Shown: piece by piece, positions 30,946 through 41,077 of the stretch
Layout of the letters: each line of letters starts with the position of its first letter
Numbering within the stretch: the first letter of the stretch is position 1
Source of the DNA: Candidatus Bathyarchaeia archaeon
GTDB lineage: Archaea; Thermoproteota; Bathyarchaeia; Bathyarchaeales; Bathycorpusculaceae
NCBI GenBank assembly: GCA_049516875.1
Contig: JBEKSS010000008.1
Location: forward strand, 1-64,000
Length of the DNA: 64,000 nucleotides
Direction of reading: 5' to 3'
Notes under the pieces: model-generated
What the model was told of the DNA's origin: nothing
Database searches by the model: none
Seen by the model: only the letters and a program-made list of their open reading frames with translations
Program-made: the position numbers and the translations under genes

Positions 30946-31056
30946 GGAGAGTCACATTCCATAGAAAGAGTTTAACAATTAAAATAACTTGTCGCCCCTC
31001 TTTGAGAAGCCCAAAGTAGTCCTTGGTTTACAAAGGTTTATATCAGGTTAGCTTAG

Positions 31057-32082
31057 TTGTCATTTTTCTGGGTTGCCTTGACCAACGAAGATCACTTGTC
31101 AATGTTGCGTTTGGCTAACGTCAAGGGGATCTATGACCATGCCTTACGTCTTCTTGAGCATCCAACACCCTTGGATGGTGCTATAGCGTTAGTTCTGCTT
31201 GACAACGCTATAGAAGCGGGTTTCAAAATTGCATTGGACAAGAACGGGCCGAATGTAAAGGAAGACCCGAAGTTCCCGGAACTTTTGGCTTGTGTCCTGA
31301 ATATCAAAAGCTTGGCAGAGCTGAAGAAACGTAAGTTGTCATTGTTGACACTCCATAGGGCAAGGAATGGGTTTCAACATCACGGTTTGATTCCTGATCT
31401 TGATACGATTCAGAGCGAGTACATGCCGCTGACAGAACAGACTTTGAATGAGGTTTCAAGAAGAGAATTTGGCCACGAGTGGAAGAACGTGTCGCTGTCT
31501 CTCTTGATCAGAGATGAAACAGTGAGGACTCTTTACCGAAAGGCCGAAGAATCGTTTAAAGGAGAGGATTTCGTCACAGCAGTTGCCTATTTGATCTACG
31601 CTTTTGAAGTGACGAAAACGATTGCCAAGTTGAAAATCTTCGGAGCTGGGCTGTCTTCGCACAGGCTGAAGGTCAAGAGTGTGCCTTCCAAAGACAAGGT
31701 CATAGTGGACTATTTGACCACGTTGGATGAGGAGATCGAAGCGTTCAAACTTGGCCTGAACTACATGGACTTGCGAAATTACTTGGACATGGCGGAAAAC
31801 GTTGGGATACATAGTGTCCTATATGAGATGCCAATCGACAAGACTGAAGAGGTTGTCATCGCTGATTTTGGAAAGAAATTGCAGGAAGCATTTGTGGATC
31901 ATAACCCACTGAAGGAGTGGCAGGTGAAAATGAGGAATGCTATCTTGAAGTTCATAATAAGAAGTGAAGCAAACTCCCGGTTCTCAATAGACCAGTTTAG
32001 CAAGTTGGCGGAGGCTCTCATTTCAGGAATGAGCAAAACCCTCAAGGAACTGTCCAAGAGTGACAACGTGAAAAAAGCATAA
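31057..32082 (+). CDS. HEPN-like domain protein
   Basis: ALVLLDNAIE helix and RNGFQH (RxxxxH) motif. Confidence 0.65.
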   Translation: MSFFWVALTNEDHLSMLRLANVKGIYDHALRLLEHPTPLDGAIALVLLDNAIEAGFKIALDKNGPNVKEDPKFPELLACVLNIKSLAELKKRKLSLLTLHRARNGFQHHGLIPDLDTIQSEYMPLTEQTLNEVSRREFGHEWKNVSLSLLIRDETVRTLYRKAEESFKGEDFVTAVAYLIYAFEVTKTIAKLKIFGAGLSSHRLKVKSVPSKDKVIVDYLTTLDEEIEAFKLGLNYMDLRNYLDMAENVGIHSVLYEMPIDKTEEVVIADFGKKLQEAFVDHNPLKEWQVKMRNAILKFIIRSEANSRFSIDQFSKLAEALISGMSKTLKELSKSDNVKKA

Positions 32083-32188
32083 TGAGATTAACCTGACCTG
32101 GGAAGTGCGCGCTTCGCGCGGTTCATAACATCGCATCCCCCAGGATTAGAAAAAAGAAAGAGAAGAAATGGACTTCTCCATGAATAAC

Positions 32189-32269
32189 TCACTTCGGAGG
32201 GTTGTTATCGCGTCCTTTTCCCGAGGGTTTGCCAGTTGTGCTGGGCTTGCCGCCTTTGCCTTTACCCAT
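32189..32269 (-). CDS. 26-aa Gly/Lys-rich micro-ORF MGKGKGGKPSTTGKPSGKGRDNNPPK
   Basis: Translated manually; GAAGTGA SD-like sequence upstream. Confidence 0.5.
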   Translation of the reverse strand: MGKGKGGKPSTTGKPSGKGRDNNPPK

Positions 32270-32414
32270 ATTTTCACTTCAGAGTTGCAAAAGAAGTTGG
32301 CAGGGTAAATAGCTTCCGATGAGGGGATCTGCGGGATACGTCTCCACTTCAGGTCGGGTTCAAATCCTTCCCTCTATATATAAATCTTGGAGACTCCAGA
32401 TACTTGTTGTTTGT

Positions 32415-33539
32415 ATGCCATTCGATTCAATAGACAAACTTCAGAATGCGCTCGCTGAGAAGGTCTTTGGCGACAGAAAAGATTCCAAAAAGGCATCAGG
32501 ACGAGCATTAGGAACTTTTGTGGAAATAATATCTTTCTACTTGCTTGAATCATGGGATCTATCGAGGAACATCGCTATTGAAACACGACTGATTGAATAC
32601 GGAAATCCATCGATAGCTCACAACGTGGAATATACTCTCCACCCAGTGAGAAATTATTATTCTGTTGCTTTGAGTCCCATTTCGTTGCCAATTACATCAG
32701 CAAAACTGACAGGACTTTTGCATGGATTGAATAGAAATCGATACACAGTAAAAAACAATACTTTGCTAAGTAGAAGAGGAATATTGAGAAATTCTTGCTT
32801 GATTGGTAAACAAGGACCATTCTCATATTATGCAGCAATAGAGAAGCTTGGGTCAAAGACTGCAAAGATTAGAATTTCTGAACAGTACCCTAAACCATTT
32901 GCGATGGTTGAATGCAAGAGGGTTGGGGTTGAAGAAGGTATGCGAAAGGGTCGTCAAACTATTGAGAAGGCAAAGCAAGGAGCATATGTGGCAAAAGCAG
33001 TTTCATCTTTGCAGAGAATCAGACGTGCCAATGGTAAGTTGTATGGATTAATTTGCATGCCAGACGGCACATTCTACGCAAAACCATATGAACAAATGAT
33101 TGTGGAACTCTTAAATTCCCGTGACCCTGCATTGTACAGCAATTTCATTCTCACTATTGGTGTTGTGAGTAATCATGGAAATTGGTTCACTTCAAATAAC
33201 CCCAACAAGGAAATGCTTGTTCTGGCTCAAGCCTATGATTGGCTTGTTTTTTTGACAGATGCTGGAATATGCGAGTTCATTGAAGAATTGTTAATTCATC
33301 CTGAGAACGAATATGAGCATGTAAGGGATGTATTTCTTGCGAGTTATGGGCAAGTCAAAAATCAATTTACCAAAGTTCAGATGGAGTATAAAACGCACTT
33401 ATTATTGTTGAAATATTTTAAAAGGAATTACGACAGGATTGCAAGATGGTTCAACATTATAACTCCTGATAGCTCACTGTACAACTTACGTGATCAATTG
33501 CAACTGTTGACATTAAAGGATTGGAGCGGAAACCTATGA
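32415..33539 (+). CDS. Putative type II restriction endonuclease
   Basis: GRALGTFVE, VECKRVG (ExK); adjacent to a methyltransferase remnant. Confidence 0.65.
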   Translation: MPFDSIDKLQNALAEKVFGDRKDSKKASGRALGTFVEIISFYLLESWDLSRNIAIETRLIEYGNPSIAHNVEYTLHPVRNYYSVALSPISLPITSAKLTGLLHGLNRNRYTVKNNTLLSRRGILRNSCLIGKQGPFSYYAAIEKLGSKTAKIRISEQYPKPFAMVECKRVGVEEGMRKGRQTIEKAKQGAYVAKAVSSLQRIRRANGKLYGLICMPDGTFYAKPYEQMIVELLNSRDPALYSNFILTIGVVSNHGNWFTSNNPNKEMLVLAQAYDWLVFLTDAGICEFIEELLIHPENEYEHVRDVFLASYGQVKNQFTKVQMEYKTHLLLLKYFKRNYDRIARWFNIITPDSSLYNLRDQLQLLTLKDWSGNL

Positions 33540-33695
33540 CTGCTGGAAGAAAGATTAGGAACACTTTCAGCAAGGATTGGTGTACTCCAAAGAAGTACGT
33601 TGACGCTGTCAGGGAATTTTTCGGTAAGCAGATTGATTTAGACCCTTGTTCGGGCAAGTACTCCGTAGTTCACGCCAAAGTGGAGTATACATTAT
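33536..33695 (+). pseudogene. N-terminal fragment of a phage-Dam-like N6-adenine methyltransferase, cut by repeat C
   Basis: DWCTPK..IDLDPCS present; NPPY absent; homology ends at 33696. Confidence 0.7.
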
Positions 33696-33810
33696 CCATG
33701 GAATTTCGGCAAAGTAATTTTGCATTCATGAAGAGCACTGGGTTCCTCAAAGAATTAGAAGAGATTTATCCCGTTTTGTCCGATAGAAAGGCTGAAATAA
33801 TGGTTTTTCG
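33696..33810 (+). repeat. ~115-bp repeat C, right copy
   Basis: Inverted homolog of 28801-28916. Confidence 0.9.
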
Positions 33811-34095
33811 CTCCCAGCAATTGTATGAGGGAGCTTGATTGAATAGCCCGCAAGAGCAACAGGACGCATTAGTTCGTTCTATGCATTCTAGCGCGCGCGG
33901 AGGAGTTCGTTGCACACTCAATCTTTGCTTTCTGTGTAAGGGTTTTTCCGTTTAGAGCAGCATGGGGTCTTAGGAAATTGAAGCAGATTCTGAGCTGTTT
34001 TCACCGAAGACTTTGCAGAACCCCTTCCTAAGAACACTTTTAAGATTCAAAATCAACTGGTGGAGTACATAGTGGTATGAAGCTGGTGAACTTCA

Positions 34096-34755
34096 ATGCA
34101 TTGGAATGATTTGGGAATTGCGGTTTCACTCTACAATGAAATAGGGAATGTATTTCCTAGCACTCCTCTCGACCACTATGAGAGAGGGTACACTGAAACC
34201 ATTTCTAGTCCAACTCCCGACTCGATTGTGCTTTTTCTTAACAGTTGGGGAAAGATGCGCAGACACTTCGATGCACGCCTAATAAGAGAGGCGATGATGA
34301 AAGCTGAAGGATCCCTCCTTGCCCTGGCAACTTACTCATTTGAGAATGCACCTCTAGAAAACATTCGCAACAACATCATTCTTGCCTTTGATACCATTCA
34401 AATGGGGGCCGGATCTCCTGTTGCAGCTTCAAAAACACTTCACGTGCTAAAGCCTGACTTATTTGTTCCATGGGATAATGCTATTGAGAGAGCCTATGGC
34501 TGTGGTGACGACTCGGATCCCCAGAAAGTGAAAACATGGGGAGAAACATATTCTGTTTTTCTGAACCGTGTCCAGAAAGTGCTACTGAGAGTCATAAGGT
34601 CGTATGCCGAGGAGCATGGACATCAAAATATCCTAAATGCGGCTTCCGAGCTTAGAGGAAGACTCTATATCGATGGCAAAAAACCTTTCGCCAAGATAAT
34701 AGACGAATATAACTTCATGAAATTTACTAAAGGCAAGGATCTGTTGTGGGTATGA
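34096..34755 (+). CDS. HhH-glycosylase-like hypothetical protein
   Basis: G.SPVAASKTLH..P.LF..WD..I motif. Confidence 0.55.
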   Translation: MHWNDLGIAVSLYNEIGNVFPSTPLDHYERGYTETISSPTPDSIVLFLNSWGKMRRHFDARLIREAMMKAEGSLLALATYSFENAPLENIRNNIILAFDTIQMGAGSPVAASKTLHVLKPDLFVPWDNAIERAYGCGDDSDPQKVKTWGETYSVFLNRVQKVLLRVIRSYAEEHGHQNILNAASELRGRLYIDGKKPFAKIIDEYNFMKFTKGKDLLWV

Positions 34756-34969
34756 GAGTCTTCCCAGCATCCACGCGCACGTCAAGATTTCTTCGCAAGA
34801 GTAAATAATGTGTTGCACCTATGATAAGGGCGAATCCAATTACGTGGATATTTATGGTTGGCGTCATAAAAGATGTTCCACATCGGTTGCAGAAGGCCTT
34901 TCTCCCGGATCTAGAGGTTAGAATCCAATCCTTTCGTCGAAAAAGAGATGGACAGGGTGAGTATGTAAA

Positions 34970-36361
34970 ATGACTGGAGTTTCTGAAGCTATTCCTAGCT
35001 TCGTCAATAAGATCAGAGAGTATGGGAAGACTTGGGATTTCCTTGAATCTTCCGTCATTGCAGCGAGAAATGATGAAAGATGGCTTGCTTTATGTATTAT
35101 TATGAGGTTATCTGCGCACGAGAAGCCTGCAGAAGAAAGGGAATTGTTCAAGATTACGGACAAGATAGTTGTCTTGCATAGAGTTCAGAGAATCGACCTT
35201 GGTTTGCTTGAAACAATTCTTGAAAAGTTGGGCAAGGGTTCTATTCGCCTGCTTGATATGGACATAGTTCTTGAGGGCTTCACCTCATGCGACTACCTAA
35301 AAGAAGAAAAAGAGGGATGGACTCGTGAGCAACTGAGTGACATGGAAGGTTGGCCAGCGCTAATTTTAAGGAGTCACGCAAAGAGTGCCTCTGAACTCTT
35401 AAAGAATTATAACGAATTAATTGAATTGCTGAACACACACAGTGAACCATACGATAGCTTAGAACAGTTGAGTAGAAAATACGTTGGGTTGGAGGTTGGG
35501 TCAGGAAATGCCTGTTGCTTGTACGTTGTAGCCCCGCTCTATTACAAACTAGATGATATCAATCTTTCGGAAAACGGTGAACTTAAGGCTTCTCTAAAGT
35601 GCCACAAGTGTTTTGACCCATTGAACTTTGAACTGAGTGCAGTGTACTCTTCAGGTCCGAAAGTCATCGACAACTTCAGAATGAGTTTTTCAGAAGTCAA
35701 GAGCACCAGTGAGAACTTTATAGAATGTTCCATTGACGAGAAGAGAAACAAAAAGGACATGCGAGAAGTGAGGCTCTACCTCACTTACATGGGTAGAAAA
35801 ATACGCAGCGACTGGAATAGATGCGAGGCTGCAATCATTAAGGGAAATCTCCGGCTGGTTGCACATGAAGTTCTAGATGAGGACCTCGAAGGACTTACGG
35901 ATGCATTGATGAGTAGAAAAAAGAAACTCTTTGAACCTGCTATTTCTATGCTGTTACACTTAGCCGGTTTCAATGTAGAACCAGTTGGCGGTGTCGAAGA
36001 AGGATTGGGCAGAAGACTCATTGACATTCTTGCCTTTACTTCTGACAATCGCTACCTGTTGGTTGCTGGATGCACCATAGAAGGCATAAGTCCAGATGAA
36101 ATAACAAAGATTGCTGAGAGAGCAAAGTCAATAGTCAGGGCATATTCAGACTTGAATGAATACGTAGAAGTTAAGCCCGTGCTCTTCACTTCCCTAGATG
36201 ATAAAGACATTGGCGAAAGCGTTAAGAAAAGAGCAAAAGAAGACGATGTTGAAATTCTGAGTCAAAAATCCATTTCCAATATACTGAACAAAATACAGAG
36301 CGGCTATTCCTCGCATAATATCCTTAGTAGCTTCGGAATCCCACGCGCTACTTTCTTCTAA
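34970..36361 (+). CDS. Hypothetical protein with C-terminal restriction-endonuclease-like domain
   Basis: FE..I..LL..AGF.V...IDILA...LVAGCT. Confidence 0.6.
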   Translation: MTGVSEAIPSFVNKIREYGKTWDFLESSVIAARNDERWLALCIIMRLSAHEKPAEERELFKITDKIVVLHRVQRIDLGLLETILEKLGKGSIRLLDMDIVLEGFTSCDYLKEEKEGWTREQLSDMEGWPALILRSHAKSASELLKNYNELIELLNTHSEPYDSLEQLSRKYVGLEVGSGNACCLYVVAPLYYKLDDINLSENGELKASLKCHKCFDPLNFELSAVYSSGPKVIDNFRMSFSEVKSTSENFIECSIDEKRNKKDMREVRLYLTYMGRKIRSDWNRCEAAIIKGNLRLVAHEVLDEDLEGLTDALMSRKKKLFEPAISMLLHLAGFNVEPVGGVEEGLGRRLIDILAFTSDNRYLLVAGCTIEGISPDEITKIAERAKSIVRAYSDLNEYVEVKPVLFTSLDDKDIGESVKKRAKEDDVEILSQKSISNILNKIQSGYSSHNILSSFGIPRATFF

Positions 36362-36468
36362 CTTCTGGGAATTGAATCTGCGACCATTTTAGGAACACAC
36401 ATGCGCGATACTGTTAAGTTATTTGTCATGAGAATGTTGTCATGTTGGACTTCGTCTTTTTGAAAAGG

Positions 36469-36693
36469 TCAACATTTCGAAAGGGTAAACTGAATCCCGC
36501 ACCAAGGGCACTGGATCGTTGCTTCTTCCATTTTAGGTTCATAACGAAGTAGATGACCACAAGAAGGATTTGGACATCTAATAACTTGTTCTCTGTGACT
36601 AGACGGGACGGTTCTACTAGACGGCACCGTTCTGCTAGAAGGAACCGTTCTACTGGAAGGAACTTTTCTGCTTGCAGGAACCTTTCGGTTCAT
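36469..36693 (-). CDS. Small protein with 5x VP(A/S)S repeats and a zinc ribbon
   Basis: 18-bp tandem repeat at ~36595-36685; CPNPSC...CPWC. Confidence 0.65.
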   Translation of the reverse strand: MNRKVPASRKVPSSRTVPSSRTVPSSRTVPSSHREQVIRCPNPSCGHLLRYEPKMEEATIQCPWCGIQFTLSKC

Positions 36694-37029
36694 TATTGAC
36701 CAAACTCGTTGTTTTTTGAAAGGGAGAGAGACCGCAAAGGAAAGCGTCCCTTTCAGCCTCCTCGCCAACAGTTTTATCCCGTCTCTCCAAGCTTTCCTTT
36801 TCTTATTTTTGGGTTGAAAGATTGTTTGTTTGATTGGCTAGGGACTGTTAGTGAGGCTTGACTGAAAAAGCCAAACCATCACCACCACAATGCGTCAGTA
36901 GATGTTTCGTGACTAATAAATCTACATCCAATATGATACTGTTAACTTAAGTTACCTGTTGCCTAGTTTGGGTTTGTCTAACGAAAATTTAATACGATAC
37001 TGCCATAGACAAACTATTGGGGGAACGAA

Positions 37030-37458
37030 ATGAAAGATTATTGCGGCTTATGTGGAACAACCGTCCTTCATTACTCCGTTGGAGAACCAATAGATTGGGC
37101 AAAATATGACGGCGATGGAAGATACGGTATTACAGGGAACTCTGTTGAGCTTAATCAACTTCCTGAGAAACTCCAATTAAGAATAAAACAAAAACGGGCA
37201 GGTATAGAGGAAGATGCACCAATCTGCCCTAAATGTTACTCAAGAACTTTAGACGAGATATGGGTTGCTGAAAAAGCATTTTGTAAAGCATGTAGCACAA
37301 CACTTGAAGATATTGGCTATTCAAGCGTACTAAATTCAACGGGGCATCATGTCGTAGACACCTGCTTAATGGGTTGTCCAAAATGCAGGCTTGTTTACTT
37401 CATACCTCCACGGCAAGTTAACCAAGTAAACGTCACATTGAGAAGGAGAAGATATTAA
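37030..37458 (+). CDS. Multi-CxxC zinc-binding hypothetical protein
   Basis: Four CxxC pairs; TATA-like and SD-like sequences upstream. Confidence 0.65.
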   Translation: MKDYCGLCGTTVLHYSVGEPIDWAKYDGDGRYGITGNSVELNQLPEKLQLRIKQKRAGIEEDAPICPKCYSRTLDEIWVAEKAFCKACSTTLEDIGYSSVLNSTGHHVVDTCLMGCPKCRLVYFIPPRQVNQVNVTLRRRRY

Positions 37459-37471
37459 CCACTCTCAAAAA

Positions 37472-37624
37472 CTATTTGACTTTCACTTTTTCCATGATTC
37501 TCTTTTCATATTCCTCTCGCGTCAAAACCCCTTTTTCCTCTAACAACTCAACAAGACTGTCAAGCATAGTATCCAAGAGGTCTATTTCCTCAGAAGGTTC
37601 CCGCTTGACTTTGCTTTTCTTCAT
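37472..37624 (-). CDS. 50-aa helical protein (..LVELLEEKGVLTREEYEKRI..)
   Basis: Translated manually; below the ORF-track cutoff. Confidence 0.55.
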   Translation of the reverse strand: MKKSKVKREPSEEIDLLDTMLDSLVELLEEKGVLTREEYEKRIMEKVKVK

Positions 37625-37777
37625 GTTTTCTCCCTTTTGCAAGGTAACCCTGCTCTGACATCCAATTCAAGATTATCGTGCGGAGAGTGTCAGAGCGAGT
37701 TTGTCCAACTCTGCCAATCAATTCATCGTCTAGAGTCTTAACTACTCCATTGGAAGACTGACCAGAATTTTCTTCAT
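37590..37777 (-). pseudogene. Frameshifted ribbon-helix-helix gene
   Basis: MKKILVSLP continues in another frame as NGVVKTLDDELIGRVGQTRSDTLRTIILNWMSEQGY; GGTGA SD upstream. Confidence 0.55.
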
Positions 37778-38065
37778 TTACTTATCACCTTCAATTCTTG
37801 TTTTTCCTCTTTCTGCTTCACGGTTCTAACAAGAAGTTCTTCCTTTTGCTTGATTGCTTGATCTATCAAGCCTTTCCAGTTGCTAGGCACTTCCATTCTT
37901 GCGGCTTGCGCGGGAGTTTTTCAGCCTAGACTTTGGTGAGGTCTCACGCAATTATAGTGAACTGCGTAACCTTCCAGGAGTAGCTTCGTTGAGTCGAACA
38001 TCTCTACGATACTGTAAACTTTTCTGTCATGGAAATGGTTTTTGCTCTTTGCGATTGGAATCATA

Positions 38066-38524
38066 TTAGCCAAGATAGTAGTTTTCCATCAGTTTATTTA
38101 CGGTGAAAAGTTCTTTATTTACTTCGTAGAGGTCCTGCAGGTTGATTGGGTTATTTTCCATTTTCAATGCTACGAGAGGAGGCAATAGACAGATAGCCTC
38201 TTTGCTCTTATCTGTTAAGAGGCTCTCAAGTCTTTTTGCTTCTCTATATGCTATGCGTTTGTTTGCATATTTTCTTGAAGCCATAATGAAAGAATAGCAC
38301 GCGATGAAAATAGCAGCAATGGAAATCAATGTGGGAGTCCATTGTGAGATTGGAACAAAACTTAAAGTAGAGATCGCAAAAAAAGAAACAAGCAATAACA
38401 GTGCTATGACAACTAAGATTTGAGGAAAGGCAGTAAAAATATCAGCATATGTGGAACGTTTGAACTTTTCATCCACGAATTTTGCTAAGTCTCTCATTTT
38501 GTCTTTGTCATTTTGTCCTGACAA
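38066..38524 (-). CDS. Two-TM membrane protein
   Basis: Two hydrophobic segments. Confidence 0.65.
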   Translation of the reverse strand: MSGQNDKDKMRDLAKFVDEKFKRSTYADIFTAFPQILVVIALLLLVSFFAISTLSFVPISQWTPTLISIAAIFIACYSFIMASRKYANKRIAYREAKRLESLLTDKSKEAICLLPPLVALKMENNPINLQDLYEVNKELFTVNKLMENYYLG

Positions 38525-38630
38525 TTCTAAACAACCTCAAACTGGTTTTGTTAAGACTTACTATTTTTCGTTTTAACATTGATTTTTGTTTGCGGGCAGG
38601 GCTGAACGCGGATGCTCATAAGGTTTGTCA

Positions 38631-38706
38631 TTTTTGGAAGGGGATTTGAACCCCCGAACTATCGCTCAGTAGGCGGTTGCTTGTGTCCGTACTAAGCTAT
38701 CCATGC
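38631..38706 (-). tRNA. tRNA-like/pseudo-tRNA; apparent anticodon ACT; broken acceptor stem
   Basis: GCATGGA TA GCTT..AAGC A ACCGC CTACTGA GCGAT AGTTC GGGGG TTCAAAT CCCCT TCCAAAA folds as a cloverleaf. Confidence 0.65.
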
Positions 38707-38724
38707 CCTGCTTTGTTAGTTCTT

Positions 38725-40083
38725 TTATCTAGGTACTATGTCTTTCAGGTTTTTCAATGATGACCCGTCTAATCTCTGAAAACCCATTTGTGATTCTTGT
38801 TTCTCTATTGCTGTGATGATCTCCCTCATTTCATGCTCTCTGCAAAGTAAATAGTGTTCTCTAGCTCTCCTGTTGTATTCTATAAAATCATTTGTAGGAA
38901 TTGTTGGATTTTCTGTACATGATTTGCAGTAACAAGGAATTAGGTTATCATTATTCTCAACTGTTTTCAAGAAAGTCTCCTTACTTTGCATGGTCATATT
39001 TTTCGGGTCATACCGATTCATAAATGGGCTGATTTCCTTTTGGTCTTTTCTTCTATCCTCACGATCTAAGTTGAACCCAGTCGATACTATAGCAAAAGAA
39101 GAAAGTGCAGCAGGAAATGTCTGGTTTCCTGCTTCAAGCAATCCAAAAGCCTTGTTCTCAAGATGCTGAGAAACGAGGCTTAGCTCCATTAAGAAACTTT
39201 TGAATGCAATCCTTTCAAGAGCCATATTTTCGTCATTCAAGTTAAGATTTTTGAATTTGAATAGAGTCAATGGGCTTTCGCTATTGGAGACGTATTCCTT
39301 TATTGTTGACATCATGTGTTCGTTTCTGAGAATTTGGGGTTTTATGATGAAGTAATCTGCGCATTCTCTTTTTTCTTGACTGAGAGATGGGCTAAATGCC
39401 CTGCTTTTTTCATTCATGAAAATGGCAACTTCAAGCAGATGCGGCGATGTTATCAGTGGTACAGGCGGAATTAATACGTCAGTTCTTGCCTTAAGTTCGA
39501 CAGTGAATGTGTCTCGTATGAGTTTCATTCTCATTTTCGCGTCCTTGTAAACACATGTCCAGAAGTTTGTATGTTGCGTATCTCTAAATTCACTCGCACT
39601 CATGATATCCTTTGACTTGCCCTTTAATCGTTCTTCTTCAAGGTTCTTACTTTTTTCCAAAAATCTCACAAGGTGGTCTCGAATAGTGCGCGAGACGTAA
39701 GGAGTGTTTGAAAGTCGCTCCATGTTTACGCTATAGAACATGTATTCGAGAGCAGGGTCAACAAAAAGTATCTCTTCTCCTGACTGTGGCGTGAACTGTG
39801 TATCTAGAGTCGATTGGTCCACCACAAGGGAGAGTGTTGATTTCTTCATTGAAGAATGGAGTGTTCTTCCAGTATCAAGCAACCTTACTACATACGCAGA
39901 AAGTTGTCTGGGAGAATAGACTTGTCCAACTTTATGGTAAGCTTTCAAATCACTATCGCTTTTTAGACGTGGCGCGAAGGTCGGAGTTACTAGAGTTTTG
40001 CCGTTTATTTTCAAGTCTGTTGATTCAGAGAATTTGCATTTTCTTTCACGGTAGTGGGTAACTTGGATTTGGGGTGCGCTCAT
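38725..40083 (-). CDS. TGT/DpdA-like TIM-barrel protein with CxCxxC..H zinc site
   Basis: N-terminal LVTPTFAP; C-terminal IPCYCKSC...EHYL...EI..AIE; no canonical DSGG. Confidence 0.55.
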   Translation of the reverse strand: MSAPQIQVTHYRERKCKFSESTDLKINGKTLVTPTFAPRLKSDSDLKAYHKVGQVYSPRQLSAYVVRLLDTGRTLHSSMKKSTLSLVVDQSTLDTQFTPQSGEEILFVDPALEYMFYSVNMERLSNTPYVSRTIRDHLVRFLEKSKNLEEERLKGKSKDIMSASEFRDTQHTNFWTCVYKDAKMRMKLIRDTFTVELKARTDVLIPPVPLITSPHLLEVAIFMNEKSRAFSPSLSQEKRECADYFIIKPQILRNEHMMSTIKEYVSNSESPLTLFKFKNLNLNDENMALERIAFKSFLMELSLVSQHLENKAFGLLEAGNQTFPAALSSFAIVSTGFNLDREDRRKDQKEISPFMNRYDPKNMTMQSKETFLKTVENNDNLIPCYCKSCTENPTIPTNDFIEYNRRAREHYLLCREHEMREIITAIEKQESQMGFQRLDGSSLKNLKDIVPR

Positions 40084-40577
40084 GGTTTATTCTCCATCTT
40101 GGTACCTGCTATTGTGATGAACTTTTGTAATCCATCCATGAACTGAAAGATATCATGACATCTAATCATTATGCCACCTCTTACCGTTGTTGAGCGTAGT
40201 TCATCTTGCTCCTTTTCTTGTATGAACACGAAATGTCCTTCAGCATTTTCCAGTTTAAAAAACTCGTAGATTTTGTTTCCAATGGGTATCGATAAGCGAT
40301 CTGTTGGGTGGATAAGCCGACCGTTTACGTAGTATATTGAACCTGCGCCTCGGTCACTTTTGTAGGCTTCACGTATCGCCACAAGGTATTCTAGGTGTTT
40401 TGTTACGGTAATTCTATTCAAGTTAGTTGCGTCTGCCATTTCTGATGCCATGATACCGTTCTCATTCCTTGAGAGTATGCTCTTGATTAGAGATCTAACA
40501 TAGCTTTCTCTTTCAGTTGGTTTTAGTGCCAGTATTTCTTCTGAGGATAGCATCACGTTAGGTTTGTTTATTTCCAT
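40080..40577 (-). CDS. Winged-HTH protein
   Basis: GIMASEMADATNLNRITVTKHLEYLVA; overlaps the downstream start. Confidence 0.8.
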   Translation of the reverse strand: MEINKPNVMLSSEEILALKPTERESYVRSLIKSILSRNENGIMASEMADATNLNRITVTKHLEYLVAIREAYKSDRGAGSIYYVNGRLIHPTDRLSIPIGNKIYEFFKLENAEGHFVFIQEKEQDELRSTTVRGGIMIRCHDIFQFMDGLQKFITIAGTKMENKP

Positions 40578-41077
40578 TTTTTCCCTTCACCATGATGTTG
40601 ATTTACTTGTATGTACGTCATGGTAGTTATACTTCATGTATAACATCTCCTTCGTAAACGTTTTAGTTTATAATGTTTAGGGGGTCTGAGTATTTATGGT
40701 TTTGGTATCTTGTTGGCGCGCGCAACTTAACTCAACAATACCGCACTAAGAAGCAGTAAAACTGCACTCATCTTTTCTAGGGTGTTTCTATGGTCTTATC
40801 GTTAGCGCGCGTTTTTCAAGAAAGAGAAATAGTCGCTTGTGGAAACCGTCTTCCGAGACGCTTAGCATCGCATTTCCCAAGGATTAAGGAAAATCATCTC
40901 TGTCGATTGTATCAGGAGCCGGTTCAGTAGTTCCATTAGCCATAGTTCCATTAGCCATCAAAGCATCGACAAAAATTAAACAAATGCGCTTTAGTATCTC
41001 CAAGCGCACGCGCGCGCTTTTTCTATTCGTTATGTTCATTTTCTTTTGTCGAAGTGAGAAATAGTTGAAAATGTCAA

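Noticed and set aside
40928-40957. 15-bp tandem duplication TAGTTCCATTAGCCA
   Set aside because: Only two copies, in a tiny unsupported ORF; likely slippage.
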